From assembly GCF_964213995.1 (NCBI RefSeq), contig NC_135804.1:90830001-90894000 (forward strand): DNA of 64,000 bases. The letters run 5' to 3'. The stretch's first letter is position 1; every line of letters starts with the position of its first letter. Positions 24,961 through 39,349 of this stretch are shown piece by piece. The notes below the pieces were generated by a model that saw only the letters and a program-made list of their open reading frames with translations, made no database searches and was not told where the DNA came from. A program made the translations under genes and the position numbers. This DNA comes from Mustelus asterias (lineage: Eukaryota).

Positions 24961-25269
24961 TCGTTCTGCTTTAACATTGTGATATAATAGGGCTGGTATG
25001 TATACTTAGCATCAAGATTTCCATTTTAGTGTTGTTTCGCACCAGGCCAACAGAGCATCGTGGGAGCCAATCAGGGCCATTATGGAGCAACCTCTCCAAC
25101 ACGCTGATGCACCCACGCCTCAACCCACGCATACACCATCTCTCCCATATCCCTCCCAAACTGTCAGTTCCCCAACCCGCCAGCTCCCAACCCTCACAAT
25201 CCCACTTGTGGGAGAGTGAAGTGTGAGGGTGAGGGAGACTCAGTGAATAGGGAATAAGTAGAAGGAAAT

Positions 25270-26262
25270 ATTTGATTTGATTTGATTTATTATTGTCAAA
25301 TGTATTGGTATGCAGTGAAAAGTATTGTTTCTTGCGCCCTATACAGACAAAGCATACCATTCATAGAGAAGGAAAAGAAAGCGTTCAGAATGTAGTGTTG
25401 CAGTCACAGCTAGGGTGTAGAGGAAGATCAACTTAAGATAAAGTAGGTATATTCAAAAGTCTGATGGCAGCAGAGAAGAAGCTGTTTTTGAGTCAGTTGG
25501 TATGTGACCTCAGACTTTTGTATCTTTTACCCGGCAGAAGAAGGTGGAAGAGAGTATGTCCAGGGTGCCTGGGGTCCTTGGTTATGCTGGCTGCTTTCCT
25601 AAGGCAGTGGGTAGGCAGAGGCAATGGTGGGAGGCTATTTTGCGTGATGGACTGAGCTTCGTTCATGACTCTTTGTAGTTTTTTGTGGTCTTGGACAGAG
25701 CAGGAGTCATACCAAGCTGTGATACAGAAAGGACGCTTTCTATGGTGCATCTGTAAAAGTTGCTGAGAGTCATAGCGGATATGTCAAATTTCTTTAGCCT
25801 CCTGAGAAAATAGGGGTGTTGGTGGGCTTTCTTAACTATAGCATTGGCGTGGAGGGACTCGGATGGCTTGTTGGTGATCTGGACACATAGAAACTTGAAA
25901 CTTCATCCCCATTGATGGAGACAGAGGCATATCCTCCACTATGCTTTCTGAAGTCGATGACTATCTCCTTCATTTTACTGACATTGAGGGAGATATTATT
26001 GTTGTTGCACCAGTTCACTGGATTCTCTATCTCTTTCCTGTACTCTGTCTCATCATTGTTTGAAATCTGACCCACTACGGTGGTGTCATCAGCAAACTTG
26101 AAAATTGAGTTGGAAGGGAATTTTCCCACACATTCATAGGTGTATAAGGAGTAGAGTAAGGGGCTGAGGACACAGCCTTGTTGGGCTCTGGTGTTGAGGA
26201 TGATCGTGGAAGATGTGTCATTGCCTATCCTTACTGATTGCGGTCTGTGGGTTAGGAAGTTT
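25270..26262 (-). mobile_element. Rex1/Babar-clade LINE, 5'-truncated and degenerate
   Basis: KFADDTTVVGQISNNDETEYRKEI..VNWCNNNNISLNVSKMKEIVIDFRK, with a (TCAAA)n tail at 25270-25290. Confidence 0.85.
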
Positions 26263-29094
26263 AGTGTATTTTATATTCAAAGTTATTTCATTTACAAATA
26301 TAGGAATTTAGGAGTGTAAGTATTTCACCTTACAGGGTACAATGTTTTAATGTTTTTTTCTGATGAGAAGGATCCTACAGAACCGAGCTGCATTTTACAT
26401 TGATTGTAATGGGAAAATCCGGCTAATGTTTCATTTGAAGTAATACCTTTCAACCATAATTTAAAGGAAGAAATTACTGTAAGTGCATTTAAGGGGAAGG
26501 TAGACAAGCATATGAGTGAGAAGGGAGTAGAGGGTAATAAGGAAGATTTAGATGGTGGAAAGATGGGGTGAGACTCCTGTGGGTTATAAGTGCTTGTATG
26601 GCCTGTTTCTGTGCCACACATAATCCAGTGTGAAAGCCTTGTGTTCAGCTGGAGCTAAACTGTCTTCAACTGATAATCAGGTTCACAGAAATTTGTCAGT
26701 GTAGTAATACATGGGCACATATACGTAAGATGTCTCAGCTGAGAGTTGTCTCCATGCCTGACTGCTCTCTTTATCTTACCTGTCCTTAATAACACATGCC
26801 TATTAGAAGCCAGAGACTTGGGATTTAATTGATAAAAACCTAGCGTTCAATTCTCCTTTTGAATGGAAAGTTTCCACAGTTTGAGGAACAATAAACGCTA
26901 AAAGATACGCTTTCACAAGAACCAACAAAGTTACACATTTGCCATCAGCTGCTCTCCTCAAGGTGAAAGATAGTCTTGTGGGTGAGGTTCCTTGCTGAGA
27001 CTCTGTTCAAGAAACATATTTATTATATTGACATTATTTTCACCGAGCTTAAGAGATAATGTTGCACATTGCATAAACAGTAAATGCATATTATTAAGGA
27101 TGAAAATTGCTCCCATTAAAACTAATTGCTATTGGATTATCGAGGTAGGGTCATGATGAAATATTGGTGAACACTCCAGATAAACCAGCTGACAAAATAA
27201 TTGTTGATTTTTTTTGAAGACGTTGAACTCACTGGTGACATGAATCCCCAATACATATATGGGGGTTTACTGCGATCACGTGGGACATTTTGCCCTCTTT
27301 TCACTATGGGTACACAACATCATAAGTGGCCTGAACTTCAGGCCATTACCCCAAATATTTCATTGCTCCCAGGCGCTGCTTCAAAAGCATTTCAAAATGG
27401 AAGGCTTTTTTTTATTGTCTCATTGAGTCAGATAGAAGATATGGAAGGAGGGGAAGGAAAGATAAGGAGAATGGCGGTCCTAAGTACACAGGTTATGTAT
27501 TGGCCCTTGTGTCCTAACCGATGACACCAAATGTTTTTTAAAGAGGGGTTAAAATATATATCATGAACTGCTCAATAGATTTGGGAAAAATATCCACCGA
27601 ATTGAACACTAGTCATAAAAGAACTGAAATATGGCATGGGGTAAATACTTCATTAAACGCAAACAAAGATATTTCCTACAAAAATGTTAATGGCATATTA
27701 ACCGACTGAAGTTAATAATTTTGTAAGCCAGTAATAAAAGAATATAAAGAATTATTCTATTACTCTTCTCCCTTTTAACATTAGAGAATAAATGAAACGC
27801 TATCACCTACAAGGAATGCTCAGACTCTGAACAAATTATAAATCATTACATTGAAAGTTAGTATTATCAAATCCCATCAAAGGTTCATTGGAGTCGGAAT
27901 TGCATTTCGCATATGAACATAATAAGTGCAGCTCTTTGTTATCACAGAAATCAGAGAAATCTGGTGTATCATTCATAAGGTTCACTAGACTCATTACAGC
28001 AAAAAAAAGTAATTAGTATAAATTTAGACCATGTACAGACAAGGCTTGCGTTTGGCATGAATCATTCTGATAGTGAATTTTGCGAAACTTTGGCTTTTCA
28101 TTGCAAAAAAATCTTCCATGTAGTGATGAATATGTATGTATTTTTGTATAGTAGTGGCGGTCGAGGAGTGGTGTGGTGGATGTAGGGGGTTGGGGTAAGT
28201 GTGACTCAGGAATGAGTGAGATGGGGATTGACGGAGAGAACAGGGGAGGTGGTTTTACTCAATAAATTATTTATATTCTAGTCCCTGCTGGCTCAGGCAG
28301 TCATATCCATCAACCAACTGAGGTGAGCTACATTTCGCTCCCTCTGGCAAGACATATCCTGGTCCTGCCTCTTATACTGTAGACTGGAGAGGGGAAAAAA
28401 ATCTATCACTGATATTAACCCTGACATTGCAGCAGCATACTTGTATGTAACCTTTCTAATTTTATTTTAATTAGACATCAACGTGAAGGGTTAAATCTCA
28501 ATGCAACTTACTGAAAAGAGCAGGAGAGAGGACAGGTAAAGTCAGGGAGCCATTATCCAGTGATATCCAAGTTCAGTTGGGGGTAAAATTATGGAAGGAG
28601 AGCAAGAATAAAGATTGAAGAGTCCCATGTTTTTGGCTGAAAAAATAGTGACTGATATTGAAAGCAAACCTATACCAAGAAAGAACATTTTGAAAGATCT
28701 AGAACTGTAAATGTATGGGTTTGCGATGCACCACAAGTACAGCCACTCACTATCTCGATAATCTCCAGCCCCACAACCCTCCAAGCCATCTGTGTTCCTC
28801 CAATTGTACCATTGGACATCCCTGGTTTTAAGCACTCCACCATTGCTGGCTGTGTCTTCAACTGCCTAGTTCTAAACTCTAGAATTCCCTTTATAAACCT
28901 CTCAACCTCATTACTTCACTTTGTTCTTTTAAGACATACCTGTTATGACCGCCCCCCCCACCCACCCACCCCCACCCCCCACACCCCCACCATAGAGATC
29001 AGGAACATTTTAAAATAATTTCCCAAATAATCAACAGAAATAACTGAATGGACAAGATCTCACATTTCGGTATGACCCTACTTCTATAATCACC

Positions 29095-29340
29095 GTGGTA
29101 GATGGTGAAATTTGAATTCAAATTCTGGAATACAAGTCTAATGATGACCATGAATCGATTGTCATAAAAAACCCACCGGGTAAGGAAATCTGCTGTCCTT
29201 ACCTGATCGGCCTTTATGTGATTTCAGACCCACAGAAATATGATTGACTCTCAAATGCTCTGAAATAGAGGGCAGTTAGGGATGGGCAATAAATGCTGGT
29301 CCAACCAGTGATGCCCATATCCCATGATTGAATACAAAAA
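29095..29340 (+). mobile_element. SINE fragment (family of 22872-23190)
   Basis: ggaaatctgctgtccttacctg...gggcaataaatgctgg. Confidence 0.7.
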
Positions 29341-30384
29341 ATACAGACTAAAGATAACCAATCAAAAAAAAACAATTCTGAACAGCAAATTCAATGTTTC
29401 CCATCTTTTATATACACTATCCTATTAATGGCACCAGCATTACATTCCCAATTCTGCCCAACTCTTAAGTGATGGAAGATAACAGTAACCAACTCAGGTT
29501 GCTGAAACCCATCATTGTACTGCAAAACTCAAGAACCCAATTGAGCACTTTATGCTTCAAGAAATTCTCCTCCAGTACCAAAATGCAAGATTAATTTCCA
29601 CCACCCCACCCTAATGTAAATAGTCTTCCCATTCCTTGCTTCTAAATACCTGGATCCAGTGGAGGTTTGCTAGCATTAAGTAAAAAAATTTAAGTACCTC
29701 GGAGATGTAAAGACTTTTTTTGGAAGGAATTCTTCACTGGTGTCCAAAATATCTCCCAAAATCCCTGCAGTAACTTTTTTTGCCTCAGTTACAGATGGGA
29801 AAGATTTCACCTGCTGAGTACCCAGGCCTGGAATTTGATTGAGTCAGGATGATTCAGGAGCTCTTTACAAATGGTGGGCATGACCTAATTCTGGGATTGC
29901 TACCCCTATCCCATCCGCACACAGCATTTCTGCCCTTGCCGGCTCCATTGGAGGGCTGGACAGTTAAACCACACGACTCCAACCCCCACCTACCACCAGG
30001 CCATTCTTTTGTGAAGTTAAACCCCTTCCATAAGAATATATGGTTCATGGCACCTCAGATGAGCTGTGAACCACAGGCTATCCTCATTCCCAAGTGGGAA
30101 ACACAAAAGTGTCACCTGCTTCTGGAATGCTTTCATTGAAAGTTTGAAATATAGAAAAAACTACATGGGTTCCAGTTGTTATATGCTGCATTGCAATTTA
30201 CATATATTTTTACTCTAGTGATTGATTATAAAGCTGTATTCTGCAAAATTAAGTTGACCATTACATTGATCCGTGTTGTGTAGTTGTCGAGATGTAGTCA
30301 GGTTTAATTCCCATTGGGGAAAATACTCAAAACTGAAGAAACACTGGTTGGGAACTCTACTGTCATTATCTGATATAATTTAAA

Positions 30385-31240
30385 TGTCTACAGCAGGATG
30401 AAGAGGGTGTCATGGAAATATCCCAGACACCTGGAAGCAGACCAGAGCCCTCAAGGTCCAGGATCTCCAGAGGACGCCTGCCACGTGTATCACAGGCCAT
30501 GGGGCATGGTAGGCAGCTGGCCCCCTCCACCTCTGATGCACATTCTGGGGAGTCACTGAGACGTAGTGGTAGGCCACGTAAGGTTAGGAAGTTGTAGTTG
30601 CACTGAGATGGCATGGGTGAAGGGCTACACTAGTCAGAAAGATATTTAAGCACCTTAGCGTTTTCTGATCACAAGTTTTTATGTTAGAACGACTTATTTA
30701 AACACCTCTATTGTATTAAATGTTTTTTCACCACCCACCTGTGACTAATTTGCCTCAGATTTGTCTTGAATAGGAATCCTCTTCCATTGATGATTGCCGG
30801 AGGGATGCTTCATGTTGATGTCAGTTGGGGAGGCCCCTCAATGTTGTGTCACTGAGAAAAGGAAATCATTGGTTCCCCAGACCCCACGAGCGATTCCCTC
30901 CCGTCCCCCACCCCACCCACCCCAGGGCCCTGTTTGGAGGTTTCAGATCCCTGACTCACTACACAGGCGTGGGCCCAGGTGCCAGCGTGCATGTGGAGCT
31001 CAGGTAGGAGTCAGACTAGTTTGCACCAGGGCATCATCATAATGGTGGTTAGCACATCGTCGTTACCCTCCTGCCTGCCATAAAACTCACTCGCACAGCA
31101 TACCCAGGCCCACCACTCTGGTGTGACAATGTTGCAGGAGATAGAAGGAATTTTGGGGAGTGGGGGATGGGACCCACAGACACAGGCCCCTAGTGACTGA
31201 ACTGCCTGGTGATCAGGGCCTCCCTTGCTGTCCTCGCATG
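30385..31240. mobile_element. Probable PIF/Harbinger relic (convergent C-termini of the two ORFs)
   Basis: Plus strand ends ...GRPRKVRKL*. Minus strand ends ...ARTAREALITRQFSH*. The convergent two-ORF layout is typical of Harbinger. No catalytic core is visible. Confidence 0.4.
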
Positions 31241-32426
31241 CCTCATTTATTTTCTGCCTGTGTCACCATTCCCTCTGATGGTGAATACAGTTAGTAAATT
31301 CATCCTCCTATTCTTAAACTGCATTGATTGACAGGCCATCTGGTATAACTTAGAAAACCAAACACACAGCCATCTATTTCGCAGATTCAGTAGACCATTG
31401 TTTCCATATTGAAGGTTTTTTTTCCAGCTCGGGCATTATGAATGCTTGGCTTAGCTTCAAAAGTTACAGAACTATTTCATCTGGATTTGCAGACACTGCG
31501 GTTCTCATCTCTCCAGCTCAATGACCCCAATGGCTGCTCCCCAGAAGTTTAGCACAGGGAGCAGCATTAATTGTTTAAAGCAACACTTTCAAGCCTTTCA
31601 AGGGAGGAAGTCTCCCCTTAGAGAATTGTCACGCAATCAGACAGCTGACAGCTCTGTAGTCCCAGCTGTGCCAGCCAGGGGCAAGGATCACTGCTGGCAC
31701 AACAGACAATTCCACCACACTGAGGAGGCCAAGTAAATCCAGGTGGAATGGCTCATTGAGGGAGGTGCTGGGGTGTGGGGCTGAATTCAGGAAGCCATGA
31801 AGAGGACAAAGGGGAGATGACCTTGCAGGGAAGGGATGCCTTAGGCCACATCTTGTCTGACACCAGCCCTTGCAGTCAAGTTGCTGAGAATCCTGCATGA
31901 CAGGGGCAGCTTGATGTCCTTAAGTGGCCATTAATTGACCTCTTAAGAGCTTAAATAGGTCCAAAGGCTGATGGACATCTGGCAACTCCCTTCCCTCCCT
32001 GCAGAGTTTCTGACAGGATATGGGTGGATTGCAGGAAAGCTACTGCTGAATTTTACATGCCCCACCACCACCATTATTAACAACCCCCCCAACACACCTC
32101 CCCCACCCCTTCCCTCGCCGCAAGCCACACACCCGCCTGAGGTTCAAATCTGCCAGCAGGAAAGTATAACTTTTGGTCCTTTTTCTCAGTAGAGGGCTGT
32201 GTTCACACTTGAATTGGAAATTTTAAGAGGTTATTAAAGGATAATCTGTCTTTGATATGGTTACTGAATAGATATTTGTTGGTTATTACAACAGATTGAG
32301 GTGATTTAACATTTTTGAATGACTTATTTGAATGTGCTTCTTTTTCAGAATGAAGTCTATTTGAGTGAAAGCTCTATTAGGTTGTTCAGGGCTTATCCTT
32401 TTCATGTCACTTCAAATACATGACTT

Positions 32427-32670
32427 CATAGAATCATAGAATCCCTACAGAGCAGAAGGAGACTATTTGGCCCTTTGAGTCTGCACTGACCCTCTATCAG
32501 AGCATCTTGCCTCGGCCCAATCCCACCCTATCCCAATACGCCCATTTAACATAGCTAATCCACCTCCTACACACCTTTCAACACTAAAGGGCAATTAAGC
32601 CTAACCAATCCACTTAACTTTCACATCTTTGGACATTAATGGGCATGGCCAATCCATGTAATCTGCACAA
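32427..32670 (-). mobile_element. HE1-like SINE 3' half
   Basis: catagaatcatagaatccctacag tail and ctaaccaatccac..catctttggac core. Confidence 0.75.
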
Positions 32671-33054
32671 CTTTTGGCTCCTGAGGTCTGCTCATAGTGA
32701 ATGTCCATTGAGGATTTCTGGAGGGCATGGATGGCATGGGAAGTATTATGGAGCATGTGGGTATGAGGGAGCATGGAAGGGGACACAAGAGGCATGGGGA
32801 GGGTAGTAGGTGGCTTGGAGATAAGTAGGGTTACTGGGTTATGGAGAGCAGTTGAGGGGTCAGGGGCTGAGGACCTGACACTCAAGACTACAATTAGGCT
32901 GACGTGACAGTAAATGCAGACAGGCCACCTGGCTTTGGCATCTACCCACCTCTATGGTCTGTCTTTGGAGGCAACGCACCGTCAACTGTGATACCAAACC
33001 TCTGAATTAGATAGCTGCTTTGTAATCATTCTCTGATATTTACAATTCTATTCA

Positions 33055-33510
33055 TCGCTTTTTTAATCCAATCATGGGACGTGGGCATCGCTGGCCCATG
33101 GCTGGCCAGCATTTACTGCCCATCCCTGGTTGCCCTTAAGAAGATGGTGTTGAGCTTCTTGAAATGCTGCTGTCCATGTGCTGTGGGTTGACCCACAATG
33201 CCATTAGGGAGGGAATTCCAGGATTTTGACCCAACGACTGCGAAGGAATGGCAACATATTTCCAAATCAGAATGGTGAGTGACTTGGAGGGGAACATACA
33301 GTTGGTGGTGTTCCCATGTATCTGCTGCACTTGTCCTTCTAGATGGTTGAAAGTTTGTAAGGTGCTGTCTAAGGACCTTTGGTGAATTTCTGCAGTGCAT
33401 CTTTTAGATAGTACACATTGCTGCTACTGAGCGCGGTGGTGGAGGGAGTGGATGTTTGCAGATGCGGTGCCAATCATGCAGGCTGCTTTGTCCTGGATGG
33501 TGTAAAGCTT
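33055..33510 (-). mobile_element. LINE 3' end (second family)
   Basis: ORF 33113-33400 SFAVVGSKSWNSLPNGIVG is a LINE ORF2 C-terminus. Confidence 0.75.
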
Positions 33511-35318
33511 CTTTGTCTGCACACCTCAATAAAATTGCACAAAATGTTGCTGATAGCATCAATGTTCAAAAGAAAGGGACAGTTTAATATTTCATATTGT
33601 ATCCTTCTTTGAAACAGAACCTCCCAAAACACTACCCTTACTTTCAACTGCTGCGCATTTTAACAATCTATTTTTATTTTTGTGTTTTCCAGATAATTTG
33701 TCATAATTTTCCCCAAGTATCTGCTATTTTTCATACGTACTTTCTGTTTAATGATTGAACAATAATTAATAAACTAAAGGAATAATGAACAATTGTTGGA
33801 CAATAATAGCATAAATAAGGACAAGACACCCACCCTCCCACCGATCCCAAGAACCCGGCCGATAAATATCTTTTGTATCCACCTTGATTCTTTCACTTTT
33901 CAGAAAACATGCCTGACTTCCTTTCTTAGTCCTGGCTTCCTCGTTTTTAATTTCCACCCTTGGGTATTTGTGCCTTTCGCTATAGTGAGCAATTTGCTTG
34001 GACCATTAATGAATGACACGCATTTATCATAAGTTTAAGTGTATCAGGGCAATCTGACATTAGGCAAAGCTGAAGTCTCCTTAAACATACGCAATTCAAG
34101 TTCATGACTGCCATTAAATTTTCAATATGGAGCATTATAATTGATAGACCTTCAATTTCTCTTTGGCATTCTCTCAATTTTACTATCACAGTCCTAATGG
34201 AGAGAGTGTAAAGTACTGTGACTGAGTGAAACTGTGTTTATAAATCATGATGGCACTCTCAGGCAATCAGAATCATTTTACAATGTTGGAAGACATCCTG
34301 AATGAGCTGGGATGTCTGCAGTGCAGGTATTAACCATTTTTACAGTAACGTGGTGGATGGAATTCTCCTATGCCCCGACCACTGGGGTCATTGGTGGATG
34401 GGGTAGAATTTGGCAGAAAGCCCAAAAATGAGTTTTACACTGGCATGAATTTCCCATAGGATCTGCCGCGAGTGCCTGCCATCCCAGATCGGAAAACTTG
34501 CAGGTGGCCATCATGAAACTGACTGCATCCTGCTAATGAGATGCAGGTGAAGGCCTGATCGGAATCGTCCTCCCACATCCAATTCTCCACAACACCAGTG
34601 GGAAAACACCTCAGTTCAAAACACATCTGGAACATTTTGGTGTGCCGAGATCGGGACTGACCTGAAGAATGCCTGGGGCTGTCTCCGGAGTTGAGGATGG
34701 AGACCAGCAACACCCCTGGAACCTGGATAAAAGCAAATTACTGCGGTTGCTGGAATCTGAAACCAAAAGAGTAAAATGCTGGAAAATCTCAGCAGGTCTG
34801 GCAGCATCTGAAAGGAGAGAAAAGAGCTGATGCTTTGAGTCCAGATGACCCTTTGTCAAAGTTAAAAGGTAAAAGTGGGAGATACTTATACTGCAGGGAG
34901 AGGAAATGAAAGATGAGTCATAGCCACTGAAACCAGGGGAAAAGACTGCTAATGACAGTCCACAGAGAGAATAAAGCGTGTGAATGGCCAAATGGCAGAG
35001 AAGCTAAAATCAGAAGCTAAAACCAGAAGCTAAAACCAGAGGGTAAAATATGACAGATGAAGATGTGGGGGAAAGAGGAGAGAGATAAAATTTGGAAAAG
35101 GGGAAGCAAAGAGGGAGAAAAGGGAAGGAAAGGGGAGATAAAGTAGGGGGAAAGAGTGGGGGGAAAGAAAAATGAAGAAAGACAATTGAGAAATAAAAGG
35201 TAGAGAACAGTAAAAAATTAAATAAAATGAAAACAAAGGGGGTCAAAGTAGTGTAGAGCAAATCATCTGAAGTTGTTGAATTCGATGTTGAGACTGGAAG
35301 GCTGTAAAGTGCCTAGCT

Positions 35319-35675
35319 GGGGGCGACACGGTAGCACAGTGGTTAGCACTGCTGCTTCACAGCTCCAGGGAACTGGATTCGATTCCCGGCTTGGGTCACT
35401 GTCTGTGTGGAGTTTGCACATTCTCCTCGTGTCTGCGTGGGTTTCCTCCGGGTGCTCCGGTTTTCTCCCACAGTCCAAAGATGTGCGGGTTAGGTTGATT
35501 GGCCATGCTAAAAATTGCCCCTTAGTGTCCTGGGATGCGTAGATTAGAGGGATTAGTGGGTAAAATATGTAGGAATATGGGGGGAGGGCCTGGGTGGGAT
35601 TGTGGTTGGTGCAGACTCGATGGGCCGAATGGCCTCTTTCTGTACTGTACGGTTTCTATGATTCTATGATTCTAT
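35319..35675 (+). mobile_element. HE1/V-SINE-like element inserted in the Penelope GIY-YIG end
   Basis: Full head and core with (ATTCTATG)n tail. Confidence 0.92.
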
Positions 35676-38617
35676 GATGAGATGCTGTTCCTCCAGTTTG
35701 TGTTGAGCTTCACTGGAACATTGCAGCAGGCCAAGGACAGACATGTGGGCAAGAGAGCAGGGTCGTGTGTTAAAATGGTAAGCAACTAGAAAGTCAGGGT
35801 CCTGACTGCGCACAGACCGAAGGTGCTCAGAAAAGCAATCACCCCGTCTACGCTTGGTCTCTCTGATATAGAGACCACATTGGGAGCAGTGAATGCAATA
35901 GACCAAATTGAAAGAGGTGCAAACGAAACGCTGCTTAACCAGGAATAAGTGTTTTGGACCTTGGATGGTAAGCATGGCAGAGGTAAAGGGGCAGTTGTTA
36001 CACCTTCTGTGATTGCATGGGAAGGTGCCATGGGTGATGGGAGAGGTGTTGGGAATAGTGGAGGAGTAGACCAGGTTATCCCAGAGGGAACGGTCTCTGC
36101 GGAATGCTGGCAGAGGGAGTGAAGAGAAGATATGTTTGGTGGTGGCATCATGCTGGAGTTGGGGAAAATGGCGGAGGATTATGCTTTGCATGCGGAGGCT
36201 GGTGGGGTGAAATGTGGGAACAAGGGGGACTCTATCCTTGTTCTGGGAGAGAGGGGAGGGGGATGAAGGTCGTGGCAAGGGAGATGGACCGCACGCTGTT
36301 GAGGGCCCTGTTGACAACTGTAGATGGGAATCCACGGTTGAAGTAAAAGGAGCACATATTAGAAGCACCACTTGGGAAAGTGGCATCATCGGAACAAATG
36401 TAACGGAGGCGAAGGAGCTGAGAGAAAGGGATGGAGTCCTTACAGGATGTAGGCTGTGAAGAGCTGTAGTCCAGATGGCTATGGGAGTCAGTGGGCTTGT
36501 AATGGACATTGGTAGATAGTCTATTGCTGGAAGTGTAGGCAGAAAGGTCAAGGAAGGGGAGGGAAGTGTCTGAGATGGACGAGGTGAAGGCGATGGAGGG
36601 GTGGAAACTGGAAGTGAAGTTGATTAATTTTTTGAGATCTGGACGAGAGCATGAAGCGGCACCAAAATAGTCATCAATGTACCGGTGAAGGAGCTGTGGG
36701 AGGGGACCCGGGTAGGCCTGGAACAAGGAATGTTCCACATACTCCATAAAAAGACAAGCGTAGTTAGGACCCATGCGGATACCCATTGCTACTCCTTTGA
36801 TTGGAGAAGGTGGGATGAGTTAAAGGAGAAGTTGTTGAAAGATAGAACGAGTTCAGCCTGGCAGAGGAGAAGGGTGGTGGATGGGAATTGTTCAGGCCTC
36901 TTTTAGTGAAGAGCTCTCAGGCCATCCTGGTGTGGGATGGAGGTGTAGAGAGATTGTACATCCATGGTGAATAGGAAGCGGTTAGGGCCTGTGAACTGGA
37001 AGCTGTCAATATGATGCAGGTCATCAGAGGAATCCCGGATGTAGGTGGGGAGGGAATGGGCCAGGGGAGTGAGGATGGAATCAAGGTAAGAGGAAATAGG
37101 TTCAGTGGGGTAGGAGCATGCTAATGGGCTAACTAGGACAGTCCTCCTTTTTGTGGATTTTGGGAAGTAGGTAGAAGCAGGCTGTCCGGGGTTGGGAGAT
37201 TATGAGGAAGCTGTGGGGGAAAGACATCCGGAGGAAATGAGGTCGGTGACGGTTGGAGATAATAGCTTGATGTTCAGTGGTGTGGTCATGGTCCAGGGGG
37301 AAGTAGGAGGAAGTACCTGAGAGTTGGCACTGAGCCTCTGTGAGGTAGAGGTCAGTACGCCAGACGACAACAGCACCCCCGTTGTCGTCAGGTTTGATGA
37401 CTATGATGACTACGATGTTGTGGCCATTACGGAGACGTGGGTAGAACAAGGACAGGAATGGTTGTTGGACGTTCCAGGGTATAGATGTTTCAGTAAGTGT
37501 AGGGAAGCTGGTAAAAGAGGTGGAGGAGTGGCATTGTTAATCAAGGATAGTTTAACGGCTGCGGAAAGGCACTTCGAGGGGGATCTGCACACTGAGGTAA
37601 TATGGGCTGAGGTTAGAAATAGGAAAGGAGCAGTCACGTTGTTAGGAGTTTACTATAGGCCCCCAAATAGTAATAGAGAGGTGGAGGAAGAAATTGCTAA
37701 GCAGATTATGAATGTGTGTGGGGGTCACAGGGTAGTTGTCATGGGGAACTTTAACTTTCCAAATATTGATTGGAACCTTTGTAGGTCAAACAGTTCAGAT
37801 GGGGCAGTTTTTGTGCAGTGTGTGCAGGAGGGTTTCCTGACACAATATGTGGATAGGCCGACAAGAGGTGAGGCCACATTGGATTTGGTACTGGGAAATG
37901 AACCGGGCCAAGTGTTAGATTTGGTTGTGGGAGAGCACTTTGGAGATAGTGACCACAATTCGGTGTCTTTTGTTATTGCAATGGAGAGGGATAGGACCGT
38001 ACGGCAGGGCAAGGGTTACAATTGGGGGAGAGGTAATTATGATGCGATTAGGCAAGAATTAGGGGGCATAAGTTGGGAACAGAAACTGTCAGGGAAAGGA
38101 ACTAATGAAAAGTGGAACTTTTTCAAGGAACAAATACTGGGTGTCCTTGATAGGTATGTCCCTGTCAGGCAGGGAGGAAATGGCCGAGTGAGGGAACCAT
38201 GGTTCACGAAAGAGGTGGAATGTCTTGTGAAAAGGAAGAGGGAAGCTTATGTAGGGATGAGGAAACAAGGTTCAGATGGCTCGATTGAGGGTTACAAGTT
38301 AGCAAGGAATGAGCTGAAAAAGGGGCTTAGGAGAGCTAGGAGGGAACATGAGAAGTCCTTGGCGGGTCGGATCAAGGAAAACCCCAAGGCTTTTTACTCT
38401 TATGTGAGGAATAAAAGAATGACCAGGGTGAGGTTAGGGCCGGTCAAGGACAGGAGTGGGAACTTGTGTATGGAGTCAGTAGAGATAGGCGAGGTGATGA
38501 ATGAGTACTTTTCTTCAGTGTTCACCAAGGAGAGGGGCCATGTTTTTGAGGAAGCGAAGGTGTTACAGGCTAATAGGCTGGAGGAAATAGATGTTCAGAG
38601 GGAGGATGTCCTGGCAG

Positions 38618-39349
38618 GTCAAAGGTAGGGTTCTGAAGACTGTGGAGGAACAGAGAGATCTTGGGGTCCATATCCACAGATCTCTAAAGGTTGCCACTCA
38701 AGTGGATAGAGCTGTGAAGAAGGCATATAGTGTGTTAGCTTTTATTAACAGGGGGTTGGAGTTTAAGAGCCGTGGGGTTATGCTGCAACTGTACAGGACC
38801 TTGGTGAGACCGCATTTGGAATATTGCGTGCAGTTCTGGTCACCTCACTATAAGAAGGATGTGGAAGCGCTGGAAAGAGTGCAGAGGAGATTTACCAGGA
38901 TGCTGCCTGGTTTGGAGTGTCGGTCATATGAGGAAAGGTTGAGGGAGCTGGGGCTGTTCTCTCTGGAGCGGAGGAGATTGAGGGGAGACTTAATAGAGGT
39001 TTATAAAATGATGAAGGGAATAGATCGAGTGAACGTTCAAAGACTATTTCCTCGGGTGGATGGAGCTATTACGAGGGGGCATAACTATAGGGTTCATGGT
39101 GGGAGATATAGGAAGGATATCAGAGGTAGGTTCTTCACGCAGAGAGTGGTTGGGGTGTGGAATGGACTGCCTGCAGTGATAGTGGAGTCAGACACTTTAG
39201 GAACATTTAAGCGGTTTTTGGATAGGCACATGGAGCACACCAGGATGGTAGGGAGTGGGATAGCTTGATCTTGGTTTCAGATGAAGGTCGGCACAACATC
39301 GTGGGCCGAAGGGCCTGTTCTGTGCTGTACTGTTCTATGTTCTATGTTC
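38618..39349 (+). mobile_element. 5'-truncated CR1 of the same subfamily inserted into the host CR1
   Basis: Near-identical to 40197-40830 plus 41161-41256. Removing it restores CTG GCA G|TT TTG AAT AAA (LAVLNK). Confidence 0.9.

Noticed and set aside
34999-35040. 13-bp triple repeat (agaagctaaaaYc); similar small duplications at 8340-8380 and 56606-56672
   Set aside because: Ordinary slippage duplications within TE relics.
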